53,102 nucleotides of DNA, filler included, from Sphacelaria rigidula (GCA_964200075.2; 3 parts of 3 records of this genome joined end to end with filler, not necessarily neighbours in it), one strand, 5' to 3'. Positions 21,792 to 34,837 are shown, counted from the first letter of the whole stretch. Translations and numbers: made by a program. The notes: generated by a model not told the origin, from the sequence alone.

Positions 21792-23349
21792 GCGATATGT
21801 TTGTTCTGTTCATGTTGTTATGGTGATGGTGTGAGAATAGGGCTGTTCTTTTTTGTTTCCTGGTGGCCTTTTTACCTTTTTTCTCAGTCCGGTGGATGAG
21901 TGCGGCAATTTTCCCTGGGCAGGAATGTCGCGGAGGAGTGTCATTTACCTGTTTCTTCTCTTTCCGTAGTAGTTTTGATCTCGTCATTCCTGGTGTGGTT
22001 GTTTTTACTGCTTTGGTCGTGGGGGATTTTCCTCCCTCGTCTATTTTGTTTTCTTCTCCAGGGTGCCCTCATACCCTCTCATTGCCCTTGTTTTCCCGTT
22101 TTTTTTTCTTTCCTTTCCACTGTAATAGCCTTTTTCACGAGTACTTCCCCTTGATTGTTGATTGTTGATCGCTGATTAGTTGGTGGAGATGTTGGCTTTT
22201 GTTCTTGTTCTTGTCGAGGGTTTTTGGCGGCGGGTAAATTTGGTCTTTTTATTTTCTCATCAAGTGAGTGCGGTCGACGGGGTACTCGTGTTGTGTGTGC
22301 AGGTCAAGCACTCCTGATTTTTGTGCATGTTTTTTCCCGTTGCCATCATTTTGTCCGCTGGCTGGCCGTCTCTATCCCGTCATGAGTGTACCAAGTAACG
22401 AGTTTTCTTGTCTCCAAGGAGTTACTCGGGTTTGTTTCTACGGAAAGCTCTGGTCACGTTTCGACGGGGGATGGGGATGGGGACACCCGCTACCTCTCAC
22501 AAACTATTCGGGCTCCTCCGCTTCTTCACACCCCAACTAGATAGTTGGCAACAGCAAACACCGGTGTACGTGTTGATACTGTCATAGATGACGCCGATAG
22601 TGTTGCATATCTATGATACGACGCTGCGGCGACAGGCATAGCAGTAGGCATACTGTTGTTCAGCGAGGACATTTCGTGCTCCTCGTTTCTTCTCCTCGGC
22701 TTCGTCGAGGGAGCGATTAACTGCACACCTAAGAATACACGCGCCGGGCACGCTTAGTATAGTCGATTCATTTGGGTTGATGGTATTCGTATTTTGACAG
22801 ACGGGTAAAAGCACAGCAGTACCAAAGGCTTCTTTCGTCTTGCTCTGCGACCATTTCTCTTTCGCTTTTGGCGTGGTCGATGGGTGTAGGGGAGCCTGAA
22901 ACGTTGCTGTTACCGTTTTTGTGAACGTTTTTCTCGCGCAGTGCGAATATCGTTCTGTCTTCGCTCGTAACGTACCGTTCAATCCAGTGCTTATTGCCGG
23001 CCTTGGAGCAAGAGTGTTTTTAAGGTTCATGGTGCGTGACCGATGGTACTTGGTTGGTCGCGATCGGTATGACGCATTACCGCTTGTGCCTCGAGCAGAA
23101 TCGGAGTTGGTTGAACTTTGTCTTGGCAGAGGGGAGGCGGTGGGCTCGCTGAGAATGGTTATTTGCGTTCCATTTCGCCGCAGCGCCGTGCGGACCTCAG
23201 CAAGCCACTCAGTGCCCTATTTCGATTCGGAAAAGGTCGTGTGATTTTTGAGTAAGGAAGAGGGGAGGGAGGATAGAATAAGTTTGTTTTGCCGTGTACT
23301 TCCACTTTGTTTTACAGGGAATCAGAGGACATTTGACAAAAACAGTAGT

Positions 23350-23740
23350 GTCGGCAGTAACGGGTGTAGCTAGTAATCTTCGGGGCTATTGTAGTTGTAT
23401 TTTTCAACACCCGACCCTATCGGGCTGGGTAGTGGGGTTGTCAACGATAGAAACATGATACTATGAGTAAATTGGATTGACCCCGAGGAGCTTGTTCACG
23501 TTTCTCGCCAGACAGCGGTGCCGCGGTTGTTGGTATTGGTGTAGTAGTGTAGTCATTATCGTTCGCTGAATTGAGTCCAAGAGTTGCTACCCTGAGTGCG
23601 TACCTTTGACCGTGAATCCCCTGCTCGGCGAGGCACCGTCGTTAGGCGTGAAAACCCTTGTCCTAGATATCGTGCTGAGGAACCACAGTACAATACTGGG
23701 TTGTAGTTTTTTACAGATAAAAACGCACCGAGGAGTGTTT
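23350..23740. mobile_element. Probable interspersed-repeat fragment (possibly LINE 5' region)
   Basis: ggcagtaacgggtgtagctagtaatcttcgggg...cctagatatcgtgctgaggaaccacag resembles, from recall only, an abundant brown-algal repeat. Single copy here. Confidence 0.35.
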
Positions 23741-24749
23741 TTGATCGTCTGACGTCTGAACGCCCTCAGTTTGGAGCGTTTCGCTCATTTGCTCCTGCAG
23801 GGAAAATAAAATGAAATGAGGAAGCCGTCCCCTGTCTCTGCCTGCCCGCGTATCAGTACAGAGTAGACGGACCTTAGCCGAGCCATTTGCTGGTTCACAA
23901 GTGTTGAGCTCAGATTTGCTGCAATTGTTGCGTTGCTAGGCGAATTGTATTGTCGAGGCTCGTGCTATAAGCCTCAGCTATGATGGTTGTAGCCCTCAAG
24001 AAGTGTCGAGATGTTTTTTGCGCAATTCCGCTGTAGTACGAATCATGTTCCTCAAACGGTTGCTGTCGTGCGGGGTGAACGGTGTAGGAGCTCTCTTGTT
24101 GCGGCTGTTGTGGGGAAAGTGTACAGTACGTGCAGGTTGGTCGTTGTGGTGCTCTTGGCATGGGACCATACTCAGCTGGGTGGCTTATTGGTTTTGTCAG
24201 TGCTCGGCTGGAAGGCTGCACGAAGCGAAGCAAGTGTGTTTTAGTCAAGCTCCGACTTATATCTGTCTTAGCGACAGGGTTGTTTTGCTAGCAAAGTGTA
24301 ATCGTAAGACGCGCTACAAGGTGATGGGTGGAAACGAGTGCAGTATCTCGTGCTGTCGCTGCGGGGAGCCGAGTCAGTTATTCGGCGCAGCTTGTTGCGC
24401 TGTTATCATGAACTTCCGCCCCGTACATTCTGGTACATTCAAGTCGCTGTTTTTAACAAGCTTTATTCAGCTGAGATAAGACACAAGAGGGTGCTGGTAC
24501 TGTAAACATAAACAGTAGGTGGAATTGCTGCTATTGGTGCGATTTCTATCTCAAGGTCTTCGTGTTCGAAGTGTTACGGCGGATGTGTGTGTGTGTGTGT
24601 GTATGTGTGCTTATTGCTTGTCGCAAAGCGTTCCGTTTCGTCGAGTAAGGTGATTTTACCTTTGCCGGCGTTACCCCGCAATACTGGTGAGTGGTTCCCA
24701 TTTTGTACACTTCATGCAATTCGGTGCGTCCATGCTGGACGCATCCCTC

Positions 24750-25483
24750 TCCACCACGCTAGCAACAGTCAGGTCACCACCATGGGCATCTTTTTTCACT
24801 CCGCATGTCAACAAGATTTCTACGAGTGTTCGATCTCTCATACACCCCCCTCAACTGGCGTGTGGCACGCTCTTCTGGTCGGGCAGCCAGAGGGTACGAT
24901 GTGGGGTAAAATTAACGATGAATTACACCCCCCCCCAAGTTCAAATTGAATCTATTTGTTTTTTCCACAGCACCGTTCTTGCTGGCATGTGTGTGGCAGA
25001 CAACAGCAGTGGTGACGGAAACGTCACCGTGTTCTGCAGCGCACAGAGGCGCGTCCTGTCCAAAAAGAGAGGCAGAGGGAAATCGATCGTTGCATTGGAG
25101 GTGAGCTCCAAAGACAAGACGAGACGGAATCCTTCCGCACCTCGACGTTTTTTTATGGGCTGTGCTGCAATAATTTGATATGCTGGTAACATGTATGATG
25201 CCAGTCTCTCGAGCGTTTGGTAATCGCCGAGCGAGGGCACACAAAGGACGCGGACGAGGAACTTCCTCTCTGCCGTTGCTTCTCTCTCTGGTGTTATCGT
25301 CATCGACACGCGTGTACACCGCATTCGTTCGGTGCACCTAGCCACAGCTGCTGAACTGCTGCGGACATTTTGGGGGGAAGATGGCTTCGCTCGGTCAAAA
25401 GTGTTTCGCGTCATACCTGCAAAAAAAATGTGCCACTTGAACCTCATTTTTGAGATGGACCCCATTTTCCAGGATCCACTGTA
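24750..25483. mobile_element. Diverged direct repeat copy 1 with Tc1/mariner-like end (...GGATCCACTG|TA)
   Basis: Colinear with 26238-26811; both end ttttc(c/t)aggatccactgt. The opposite TIR was not found. Confidence 0.55.
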
Positions 25484-26237
25484 ATATTGTCAAAATACTG
25501 AAGGGTTGAGTACGAAGAGTCTGAGGTATAAACAGTTTGGATCGACAGTTTTATAATGTCCAAACGTTTTCTCGACAGAGTGAAATAGCCTTGCGCTACA
25601 GTATCACTCTCCAAAGCGACCCACTTCAAGGAAGCCTACTAGCTTGTCATCAGTATTCCATGGAGTAGAGACTGATAGTGTATTCCATCAGTATTCCATG
25701 CGCATGGAACGCTTTGCAGGTTGGAAAGCACCGATTTTGATGGAAAGAAACTTCTCCGGGCCCCCATTTCTGTTGTACCAGCCTGTCAAAAGTCCTTCCT
25801 CGTTCATCAATGCCTGGCTGAGGGACAGGGAAGCCGTCCTCCCTCAGGTTTTGAGAGCCGTTTGAATTGTGTGGATGCAGTTGATAAAAATCAAACTCTC
25901 TAGCTTGCCCAGACGTTGCGACTTCGGTGCAATTTGTTACCGTGACCACCTCTTAGACGGGAGTACGCGCTAGAGCAACGAAAGGTAGCTATGATCCGGT
26001 TTGCCTGCCGTACTGCCGACAGCGTCGCGTGAAAGCCACAAGACCCTTCCTGTTGGCGGTTGATGGCGTGGGTCTCGAATATAACGACATGCTGTTGATC
26101 GTAGAGCACTCTCGTCTCTCCCCCCAACTTGTGATAATCCATGAACTTCTGACATCGGAACAATTATTACTTGTGGGAAGCTACTCGTACTGTACCGAGC
26201 TGTCCACGCGACCAGCGTGTGCTGCAGATCGCCTATG

Positions 26238-26811
26238 CGCCACGCTAGCGACAGTTAGGTCACCACCATAGGTATCTTTCTTCACTCCGCATGTCAAAAA
26301 GGTCTCTACAAGTGTTTGATCTCTCATACACCCCCCTCAACTGGCGTGTGGCAGGCCCTTCTGTTCGGGCACCCCGTTAGGGGAGGACGGCGAGAATCAA
26401 CGATGAATCGATCTTCGCATTCGTGAGCTCGACAGGCAAGGAGAGACGACGGAATCTCTCCGCACGTCGATGTTCTGGCACATGAAAAACATGGCACAGA
26501 CTGGTGTAATACCATCGATGATGCCAGTTCCTCGAGTGATTAGTATTCGCCGAGCGAGGACACACAAAGGACACGGGTGAGGATTTTCCTCTCTGTCGTT
26601 GCTGTTCTCTCTGGTGATATCGTCATCGACACGCGTGTACACCGCATTCGTTAGGTGTGCACCTAGCCACAGCTGCTCAACTGCTGCTGCGGACATTTGG
26701 GGGGGAAGATACCTTCGCTCGGTCGCAAGTGTTTCGCGTCTTCCCTGCAAAAGAGAAATGCCACTTCAACCCCATATTTTGCATGAACCCCATTTTCTAG
26801 GATCCACTGTT
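26238..26811. mobile_element. Diverged direct repeat copy 2 (internally deleted)
   Basis: Shares ccacgctagc.acagt.aggtcaccaccat and cgtcatcgacacgcgtgtacaccgcattcgtt with copy 1. Confidence 0.6.
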
Positions 26812-26885
26812 ATCTCTAGATCCCCAAGATGATGAGCGGTGGCAGGCGAAAGAGCCCAAGAGAACGTCGATTACGAAGAAATTGG
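26811..26885. repeat. ~75-bp dispersed repeat, second copy 33829-33903
   Basis: tatctc.agatccccaa...gatgagcggtgg...gcgaaaga.cccaaga.aa...cgattacgaagaaatt occurs in both. Confidence 0.8.
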
Positions 26886-27232
26886 AAAATGAAAAGTTCA
26901 GGCGCCCAGTACTGTATACACCTCGAGATTGCACCCCACCCTCCAATAAGCAATAGCAACATCTCGAATAAAGAAGCTTATATGTGGTTGCGGTAGGGCT
27001 ATATTAATCTGAACTATGTTGCACGGGTTTTTCTGTCGCCTTTTTCGGCGGGTTTTACGTCCCACAAGAGGAAATAAGTGCGGTTTCGCAAAGCCCTTCA
27101 CGACGGGAAGCGGCGGTTCTCAGTTTTTCACGTGTCTAAACCTATACTTTCACAGACATGCTTTACCCAATTTCATCACATACATAACTAGGTAAACGCC
27201 TGTTACAGAAATTACAAGAACGAGGTTGACAT

Positions 27233-27303
27233 CTACCACGAGTACTTCCAGAGCGGATCGGCGAAGCTGAGGATCAGATCGGACGAAACGGAACTGAAAT
27301 GAC
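27233..27303 (-). CDS. Possible terminal exon (GHFSSVSSDLILSFADPLWKYSW*)
   Basis: Acceptor tacaag|, phase 1 compatible, ends in TAG. Confidence 0.3.
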
Positions 27304-27451
27304 CTTGTATCCGTCTCTTTTCACGTTGGTTCTTACTCAATATCCCTCCACCACAAAGCCCATCCGTCGACCGCCGCAACCCATTTAGTCAAGTGGGATC
27401 GGGACACTCATTCCATCACATGGATAGCTCTGATACTGATGCAGCAATGAC

Positions 27452-27528
27452 CCTCATGCAGTCTAGCGACCGCATGCTCGCTTGAAGACATCACTGCAAA
27501 CCAAGCGCCGCCTAGTTCAAGGTTCCAC
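27452..27528 (-). CDS. Probable downstream exon (WNLELGGAWFAVMSSSEHAVARLHE)
   Basis: Acceptor gatgcag|, phase-2 start. Donor gtcatt is weak, so the exon may instead read through to a stop. Confidence 0.35.
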
Positions 27529-27689
27529 CTGCATCACCAGTGAAGAAGTGCGACAAGTACGACGTGATACACACGAACAGTCATCTTGACAAAACAAAAC
27601 AAAGCCACGGGGCGATGCCCATCGTGCCTTCACACATCATCACACAGACAAAGACACCATTCGACAGCTCAACACCGACCACAACATAC

Positions 27690-27781
27690 CTCGCAAAATT
27701 CTGTACCCCGCACAACGGATGCCCCACACCCCCAAGCTCTTCTGCTTCCCTCTCTTGCACTCCCCGCACGGTATCGCTCAG
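27690..27781 (-). CDS. Probable downstream exon (LSDTVRGVQEREAEELGG...QNFAR)
   Basis: Acceptor caccag|, donor AG|gtatgt. Phase 0-2 fits the 28818 donor. Confidence 0.45.
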
Positions 27782-28817
27782 CTGGTGTCCACCGCGGTCC
27801 ACAAAAAACACCAACCCGACGACAACAACTACGAGATTCCGATCGTTTGAAGCACCAGTTTTGGCGGAAATCACCACTGGGCAGCTGTTGTCTCGTCGGC
27901 CGGAAAGGCGCTGAGTACCGCCCCGACAAAAAAACAGCAACTACCGAATCTCTCTCACACACACTCATACCCATACAGACGAAAAACGACGCAAGTACAC
28001 GAGGGAATACCAGTAGGCTGACTCTATATCGATGTGTGTGCAAAAGTGCAAAAACACAGGAGTACGGCGGGGTGCTTGACGATATCCGCCTCCACCCTCC
28101 CTCCAATCGACCCAGCGAGCGACGAGGACACTCGCCGCGACACCTGGGCTACAAGGGGGTGTGCGTGTCGCCACCACTCCACTTGTCCATAGCCTGTCCG
28201 TCCACAAATGTAATATCCACCGGTTCAGGGATGGGCGAGGGCAGGTCGTGTTTGCTGTCGTTTTCGAGAGTCAAAAATAGACGAACACGAATCACATCCA
28301 AACCGGTGATCCCGGGCAAAAGCCATGGCTTGGATATTCGGCGATGGAGATGGGAAGATAACTGTCTGTCTCGTGTCTACGTTGCCCTCTGCCTTGAACT
28401 TCAAAAACGAGACGATCGTCGAATGTGCTACAGGGACAAACGATAAGCCAAAGGTAAGTGCAACGACGACGCAGCAAGCGAGGCGAACTGGGTGGCGGCA
28501 GATGTGTCGCGCATCTAGTAGCATTAGAGGAGAGAAAACGTTGGTCGACCGTCGTCGGCGAAGCAACTAAGGCTCGTGGGTAGATCGCTCACGCTCAGGG
28601 GAGTCAACCGATCAGCACTTCCCCAAACATGTATATTGAGTAACGACTTGAGTTAACATCCCTCCCTCTCGCCAGCCTCTGATGACTATGGTATGCATGA
28701 TCATGAGTACATCCCTCCTCTCGCCAGCCTGCCACCGCCATCGCGATACGTCATCTCACGCAAAGGTAAAGACCCCGATCAAGGTAAAAGCACAACTCTC
28801 CTTTCACTCATACTCAC

Positions 28818-30292
28818 CACGGTCCGCGCCGACTCCATCCCAGTCGCGGCCGTCATCGCTGTCTCTCGGCCCATGCCAACATCATGGCCGGGCCCAGCCT
28901 CACCCGTACCGTTGGCCACCACCCCGCCATTTACAACCCGAATGGCGCCGACGCCATCACCCGCTGCTGTTCCGCGACCACTTTCCTCGGCATCGTCTCG
29001 AGTGTCGACTTCATCACAGCTGACGGCAGTAACTTTACCCGCTGCCACCACCACCTTCCCTTCCGTGGGTGAAGATGCCGAGGCAGAACCGTCGACGACT
29101 GCTGGAACGTGCAGCTCTTTTCGTTGATGCGGGGATTTTTGCTCCGGTACAGCTAACGCCGTACTCCGCGGACTCGCGATATCGGTCAAACTGCTTCCCT
29201 TGCTGCTTCGGCTGCTGTCACCTTTGGCCTCGACTGGGTCGGATACACCGGCGCTCGTGACAGAGGGGGCCGTTCCCGCCTTCGCCACAACACCTGCTAC
29301 GATCCCCGCGCCTTTGTTGCTCGTATCACTACCCCGAACGCCGCCTATGCCCCCATTCGCGGCGGCACCCACTCTCGCCGGCGCCGCCTCTCCGACAGCG
29401 GCGTCTGTCGCTGGCCGGCTAGACCCTCTATAGCTCGTGGCCAAGAGATCCTGCTGTGGCGGCGCGGCGGCTCCGGGTAGTGGACGCGGTAAGCTTCCAA
29501 GTTTCTGCTGGAGCTGCCACTCCTCATCTCGCCGAGTCATGAGTGGACTATAGCGCGGCGATGCGGATGACACAGCCTGTGGCAAACCTGTCTGCGACGT
29601 GAAGCTAGCCAAGTTCTCCTTCGAAGTGACGCCTCTGACGTCGGAGTTGTTCGCCCCAATAACCCCCGCGGTGCCCGCGACTGGAGTAGGGGTTGGCGCA
29701 CTTCTCCGCAGTTCTTCGCCCGACCATCCTCTGACATTGGCGTTGTTCGCCCCCATAACCCCCGCGGTGCCCCCGATGGCAGTAGGGGTTGGCGCACTAC
29801 TCCGCAGTTCTTCGGTCGACCATCCTCTTACGTCGGCGTTGCGCGCCCCCACAACCCCCGCGGTGCCGGTGGCTACAACAGGGGTCCGCACATGACTCAG
29901 CAGTTCTTCGGCCGACCATCCTCGCCCGGGCACGGTGAAGAATCCTCCAGGCCTCGTTGCCACGTGAGGGGCCGGGGAAAACTGAGTGGCCATCGCAGAC
30001 TCTGGCACTTGGGCGTTCGAACCAAATCTTTCACGATTCGCATCAATGATTCGCTGCAAGATGGAATCTATGACAGCCGCAGGTCGGGCGCCGATGGCGG
30101 TGACGGCGGCGGCGGCGGCGGCGGGCGGTAACGGGCGAGGGCGCTGACGCTGTAGAGTACGCAGTAGCTCCATCTTGCGGAGCTCTTCGGCCCCCTCGAG
30201 ATTGTATTGCTGCGTCGCATGCTTTTTCTCGTCGTCGTTGAGCTTCTCCATTGGATCATCTTCTAGTAGCCGCTTGTTTGCCACCCAGGAAG
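28818..30292 (-). CDS. Large exon of same gene; Ala/Gly/Ser-rich, probably disordered protein with 32-aa repeats
   Basis: 501-aa ORF; acceptor gacatag|CT TCC TGG, donor GTG|gtgagt. No recognisable catalytic domain. Confidence 0.75.
29610..29924 (-). repeat. Coding 96-bp tandem repeat (3 full units + partial; RGWSxEELR...GTAGVxGAxNxxV)
   Basis: Unit starts at 29924, 29828, 29732 and 29636, exactly 96 nt apart. Confidence 0.95.
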
Positions 30293-30829
30293 CTATGTCG
30301 CCAGCGGAGAGATCGGGATTGAGGGAAGATAGGCAGCGAGTGAGGAATTCGGCGCGTGCGGGCAGGGGGTGGGGCTGTATGATGCGGGGGGGATGAGTTA
30401 TGAGCGTGTCCTTTGTCTTGCAGGTGCGGTAATAGGGCGAGTGCGGACGTCGGCAAAATTTTCAAGGTGAAGGGACTGTGACGATATTGTTTCCTACAGT
30501 CGGTTCTGGGGATGACGATTCTCGCGGAAAGATTTGGCTATGGCGGGATGTGGTATGCAAACGGCAGAAACGAAAGGAAAAAGAAGAAAGAAACATTCAA
30601 TTAAATGAGTACCCACTAGATGATCACGGGTGAAAAAAAAATTCTCCGATGCTGCTAAATCGCGTAGAAAGGAAGTTGCGTCTGATGTGGGTTGCCCTCG
30701 GCCCGTCTGATACCTACATCAATGCCGCAGAGAGTACACGGTCATACACGTATATTTTTTTCTTCCAACGTCACTTTCGACCTATCTCTGTCCCTTTCCC
30801 GGTTCATGCCTGACATTTTGCCACAAGCT

Positions 30830-33467
30830 AGGCCGGCCAAGAAAATTACGGTGTGTCAGGTGTTTATATCTTCAGGAAGGTACTGAGTTCAGGCAAGGAA
30901 GGCTAAGCATATGCACCCTCAACCTACACACAAATCTCCGCCCAGAGCAACGAGGGCCGGGGTCCTCTTAGACGTAACCTTTTGCTTTTATGTTCTTGTT
31001 TTTCGGATTCTTACGACATTTCCACCATAAGACAACCGGCCAAAAGAGAACAGGTTGGACAAAATGATCAGAAAATGCACAGTTCCACACACCATCAAAA
31101 TTTTATCAATCGAACCCAGTCAAACTACTACATTTTTTGTTCACGCACGTACTCACGGTTTTTACGATGGACATCAGATACTCCGAAGAAAAAAGAAAAG
31201 AAAAAACACATCGGGAATCGAACCCACACTCTCTCCACCCTAATGGTGACAGTCGGACCATTCTAATTTACACCACCCGCGCGCGGCGACACATGCAGAG
31301 CGATACGAACTCGTTTGGGACCGGACGCCAGAAATATGTGGTTTGCACCCCGGGGCTCTTTTGTGGGCCGGAGCATCATTTTTAGACATTTTCAAGTAAA
31401 AATGATGCCGACCCACAAAAAGGTCTGGCGTGCAAAACCACATGTTTCTGGGAGTCCGGTCCCCAACGGGTTTCCTGCAGGTATCGCAAGTCTCGCGCCG
31501 CACGGCATATTAATATATTCGATTGAAACCAGCGGGTAAGATACGTAAATGGCAGGGAAATAAATCCCCGACGCAGTCCAAAATCGACTTTTTCATGTAT
31601 TCATTTCCCCCCTCCCCCCGCGGTGAAATGACTAAGGCAAGCAACAAATGAGTACGCCCCCCCCCTCCCCCCGCCGATATGAGAGCTCCGTCTCGAAAGG
31701 GATGCGTGGTCAATCGTCAAACGACTAAGGCAAGCAACAAGTGAGTACCCCCCCCTCCCGATATAGGGCCAGCCCAAATTATTCTGTGAAAGTAAAATAG
31801 ACCATGGCTCGGCCGACAACAAAGGATAAGGTAACGGGGAATGTTTCGGGGTCCCGCCTTGCGAATCACGTGTCGAAATTTCAGGCCTCGACGCGAAAAT
31901 TGAGTTGTACGGGGGCAACATTGACGAAACTTCCGCATTCTTCGGCCGGCTCAATTTGTACTGCAGAATTGGATCAGCACCACACCGCACCGCGTCGACC
32001 TTGTCAATTTTCCTTTGCTGCTAGTCACGTCCCTCGTGTTTTCAACAGGGGACACCAGATTCCGCGGAGGAATAAAAGACAAAAAAAAACTGTGGAGAGG
32101 TACCCACCTGCTGGGGTTTCAACCCTCAGCTTGGCCGAACGAAGCGGTTTTGAAGATGGACCAATGAGACGCTCTCGACGCGGCGGTGCGGCGATATCTC
32201 TGCTACAGTACCTCTCATTCAAAGTAGCTTGGATTATTTTGGGGGGTTTTCTCGCGCACTACTCTTCCATATAACTCGGAAGTGCTACGAGCTGGGTCAT
32301 GCGCCGCCCAATATTTAGAGTTGGAGCGTAAAATTTGGTATGGACAATGCATAGGGTATAAAAATATATATCACCAGTCTACCAAAAGTTTTTTTTTTTT
32401 AATTTTCTCCGTGATTCAAAGGCATTTTACTGATACCTGAAAACTGGTCATTGCCTTTACCTCATGACAAAACACCCGACGTGGTACACTCGTAATTTGT
32501 TTTCTCATGCCCTATGCATCGTCGATATCAAATTTTACCCTCCAACTCTGGATATTGGCCGGCGCATTCGCTTGTTAAAAACCGGGTCGGTAGAAATTCG
32601 GAACAGCATTTCGCAGGCCACGCACTGGCCCACGTTTGGTTTTTGTGTATTGAAATTTTGTGTGGGCCCTCGCAGGGGCATAATGAACATAAATCAGTGG
32701 GTCAGACTTTTTTCTTTCATATTTTTCACTGGTTTAGGGCGTTCTAGTAGAGTCAAGACCATTTTTCACGAGAACTCCCGAAGCTCTATGAAAAATATAT
32801 ATATTGAAGGTCCATTTCTTTTTTTCAATTCGACACATCTTCGTTTTCATGCTGAGTTTCAAATCACAATTCTAAAATTGAGCTAAAATATTGAGATAAG
32901 GCTAAGAGCACTGTCCATTTCCCCTCAAAACTCCACTAAAAACACGAAAAAAATAAAAGAATGAAAAAAACGAAAAAAAACTACAAAGCTGTTTTGCTTA
33001 TTTATTATGCACTAGCAGTTCTACATACCGAATATCATAGCACAACTCTCAAAAATTGAGATGCGATATCTAGATTTAGGGCATCTAGGGCTGCTGCTAG
33101 TAGTATATTGATTTTAGTATGAAAACTCATGTGCGCCATATCTCGAGATAGATGAAGAATTAGGTGAAGGCGAGGGTATCTATCGTCTTCCCGTGCTCCA
33201 GGGAAGGTCCAAACCAAAAATCGTCATCATCCTCTGAATGTATCGTTCGGGGTTTTATATAGATTTTAGTGTGGACGCTATCTCCGGACGGTATAGGAAT
33301 TTCTAGACATGGGATTTAATCAACGAGAAAAAATTGGTCCAGATTTTCGGGCAGATTGTCATCTTCTCCTTGATTAGACGATTAATACGATGTGCGGATC
33401 ACGGCCCAACTCGTCTGTGTCGATGAGATATTGCTTTAAGAGCTTACGTCCGTTTTTAGGCTGGCCT
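30830..33467. mobile_element. Non-autonomous TIR element flanked by AGCT on both sides, intronic
   Basis: AGCT|AGGCCGGCCAAGAAAA ... TTTTTAGGCTGGCCT|AGCT, an imperfect ~21-bp TIR. Its 3' ~850 bp recurs at 2310-3105 and 8190-8650. Confidence 0.6.
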
Positions 33468-34163
33468 AGCTCGTAGTGTCGGTAGATTTTGGAAGAATAA
33501 AGAGATCGTCCTCAAATTACAGTGCCCAAGTTAGTGTTAGTTGGTGTTATCGGACGATACGAGGTGATACCCCGTTCATCAGGAGGGTGTTATTGACGGT
33601 GAAATTCAGTTTCTCGGCTCTGGTGCGATGAGTAGGTAGAATAATAAAATAAAAAAGCTTTTTCAATTCTTCGCAAATACGATCGGGACAGGCTCGATCG
33701 ACCGAAAATACCGAAGAGTCAGAATCTGGGTTGAAAAGTGTCGGGGCCCCCGATGACGGGTCAGCCTTCAAGTCACTCCATATTGAGTACATATAATTTT
33801 TTTCCTTGGAATGTGGAGCGGATACTAGTATCTCGAGATCCCCAATGTGATGAGCGGTGGTGAGCGAAAGAACCCAAGAAAATCGCCGATTACGAAGAAA
33901 TTACCAAATAGCCTACGCTGAACGTGAGATACTGTCTGTATGCCCGTTCAAAACCGCCCGGTGGAACAACATCAACAAAACAAAACGCAAACAGATTAAA
34001 CAAACAAGCAAAAAAGAAAACAAGAAAAAAAAGCAACAAAACAAAACAAAAATAAATCGACATAAAACGAGCAAACACCTTTCTCGCCGATTCATTTACC
34101 CCCAAAATGACCACAAGCAAGCAAAAACGTAGAAGCTCGCCCCTCGGGGATCGGAGCACTCAC

Positions 34164-34387
34164 AAAGATACTCCGGATGAAACTCCCTGATTAGGTGCGC
34201 CATGATCGTATCCTCCATCGCTTCCCCTCCATCTTCTCCCGCTGCGCCGCCGCCGACTGCCGACGTCCCCACACCCGTCGCCGCTGTCGTCGCGCCGGAT
34301 GGTCCCACCCCCGAAACGCCCTCGGGGATGTGTAGAGAAGCAGCCGGTTGCACGCCTGACGAGGGCGCAGGTACCGCCGCGGTGGAC
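34164..34387 (-). CDS. Exon of same gene (STAAVPAPSS...IMAHLIREFHPEYL)
   Basis: Acceptor cgctgcag|, donor T|gtgagt, phase 2-1. Joins 30292 in frame (EYLS-SWVANKR). Confidence 0.65.
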
Positions 34388-34706
34388 CTGCAGCGTTTCA
34401 TCAAAGGGTATGTGAAATGGGCGGGAACGGAAGGAGGCGGGGGCAACGAGGAAGAAAGTGAATGTTGAACTACCGCCAGTTGCTTGCCCGGCCGTCGACT
34501 ACGGCAAAAAAAAGGCTGGTGAGGGAGGGGATAATGTAGCGAGTGATTATTGATTGGTGGATTCATTGTTGTCGCACTTCAACTGACCCCCCAGGGATCC
34601 AGCCGCGGTCATTATTCACATGGTAGGTGTACCCTAGAAGAGAAAAAGTGTATCATTTTGTCTTTTTGCACCCGGCCGGCTGGCCGAAACCCAGTCAGTC
34701 ACCTAC

Positions 34707-34837
34707 CCCTCGGAGACAGTGTCGACGCGTCGACAGGAAGCCGACGTCTCCGTTTCCTCGCCGTCCTCGCCGGCAGCCTCGATACCGAGTAATTCCTGTA
34801 GATTGTCGTCCACCGGAAGCTCCACAGCGGCCTCATC
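34707..34837 (-). CDS. Exon of unknown low-complexity protein gene (DEAAVELPVDD...VDTVSEG)
   Basis: Acceptor tttttctgcccgtcaaag|, donor GG|gtaggt. Phase 2 matches the next exon. Confidence 0.6.

Noticed and set aside
27586-28446. 286-aa + strand ORF
   Set aside because: No domain, biased composition, and antisense to the better-supported minus-strand exons.
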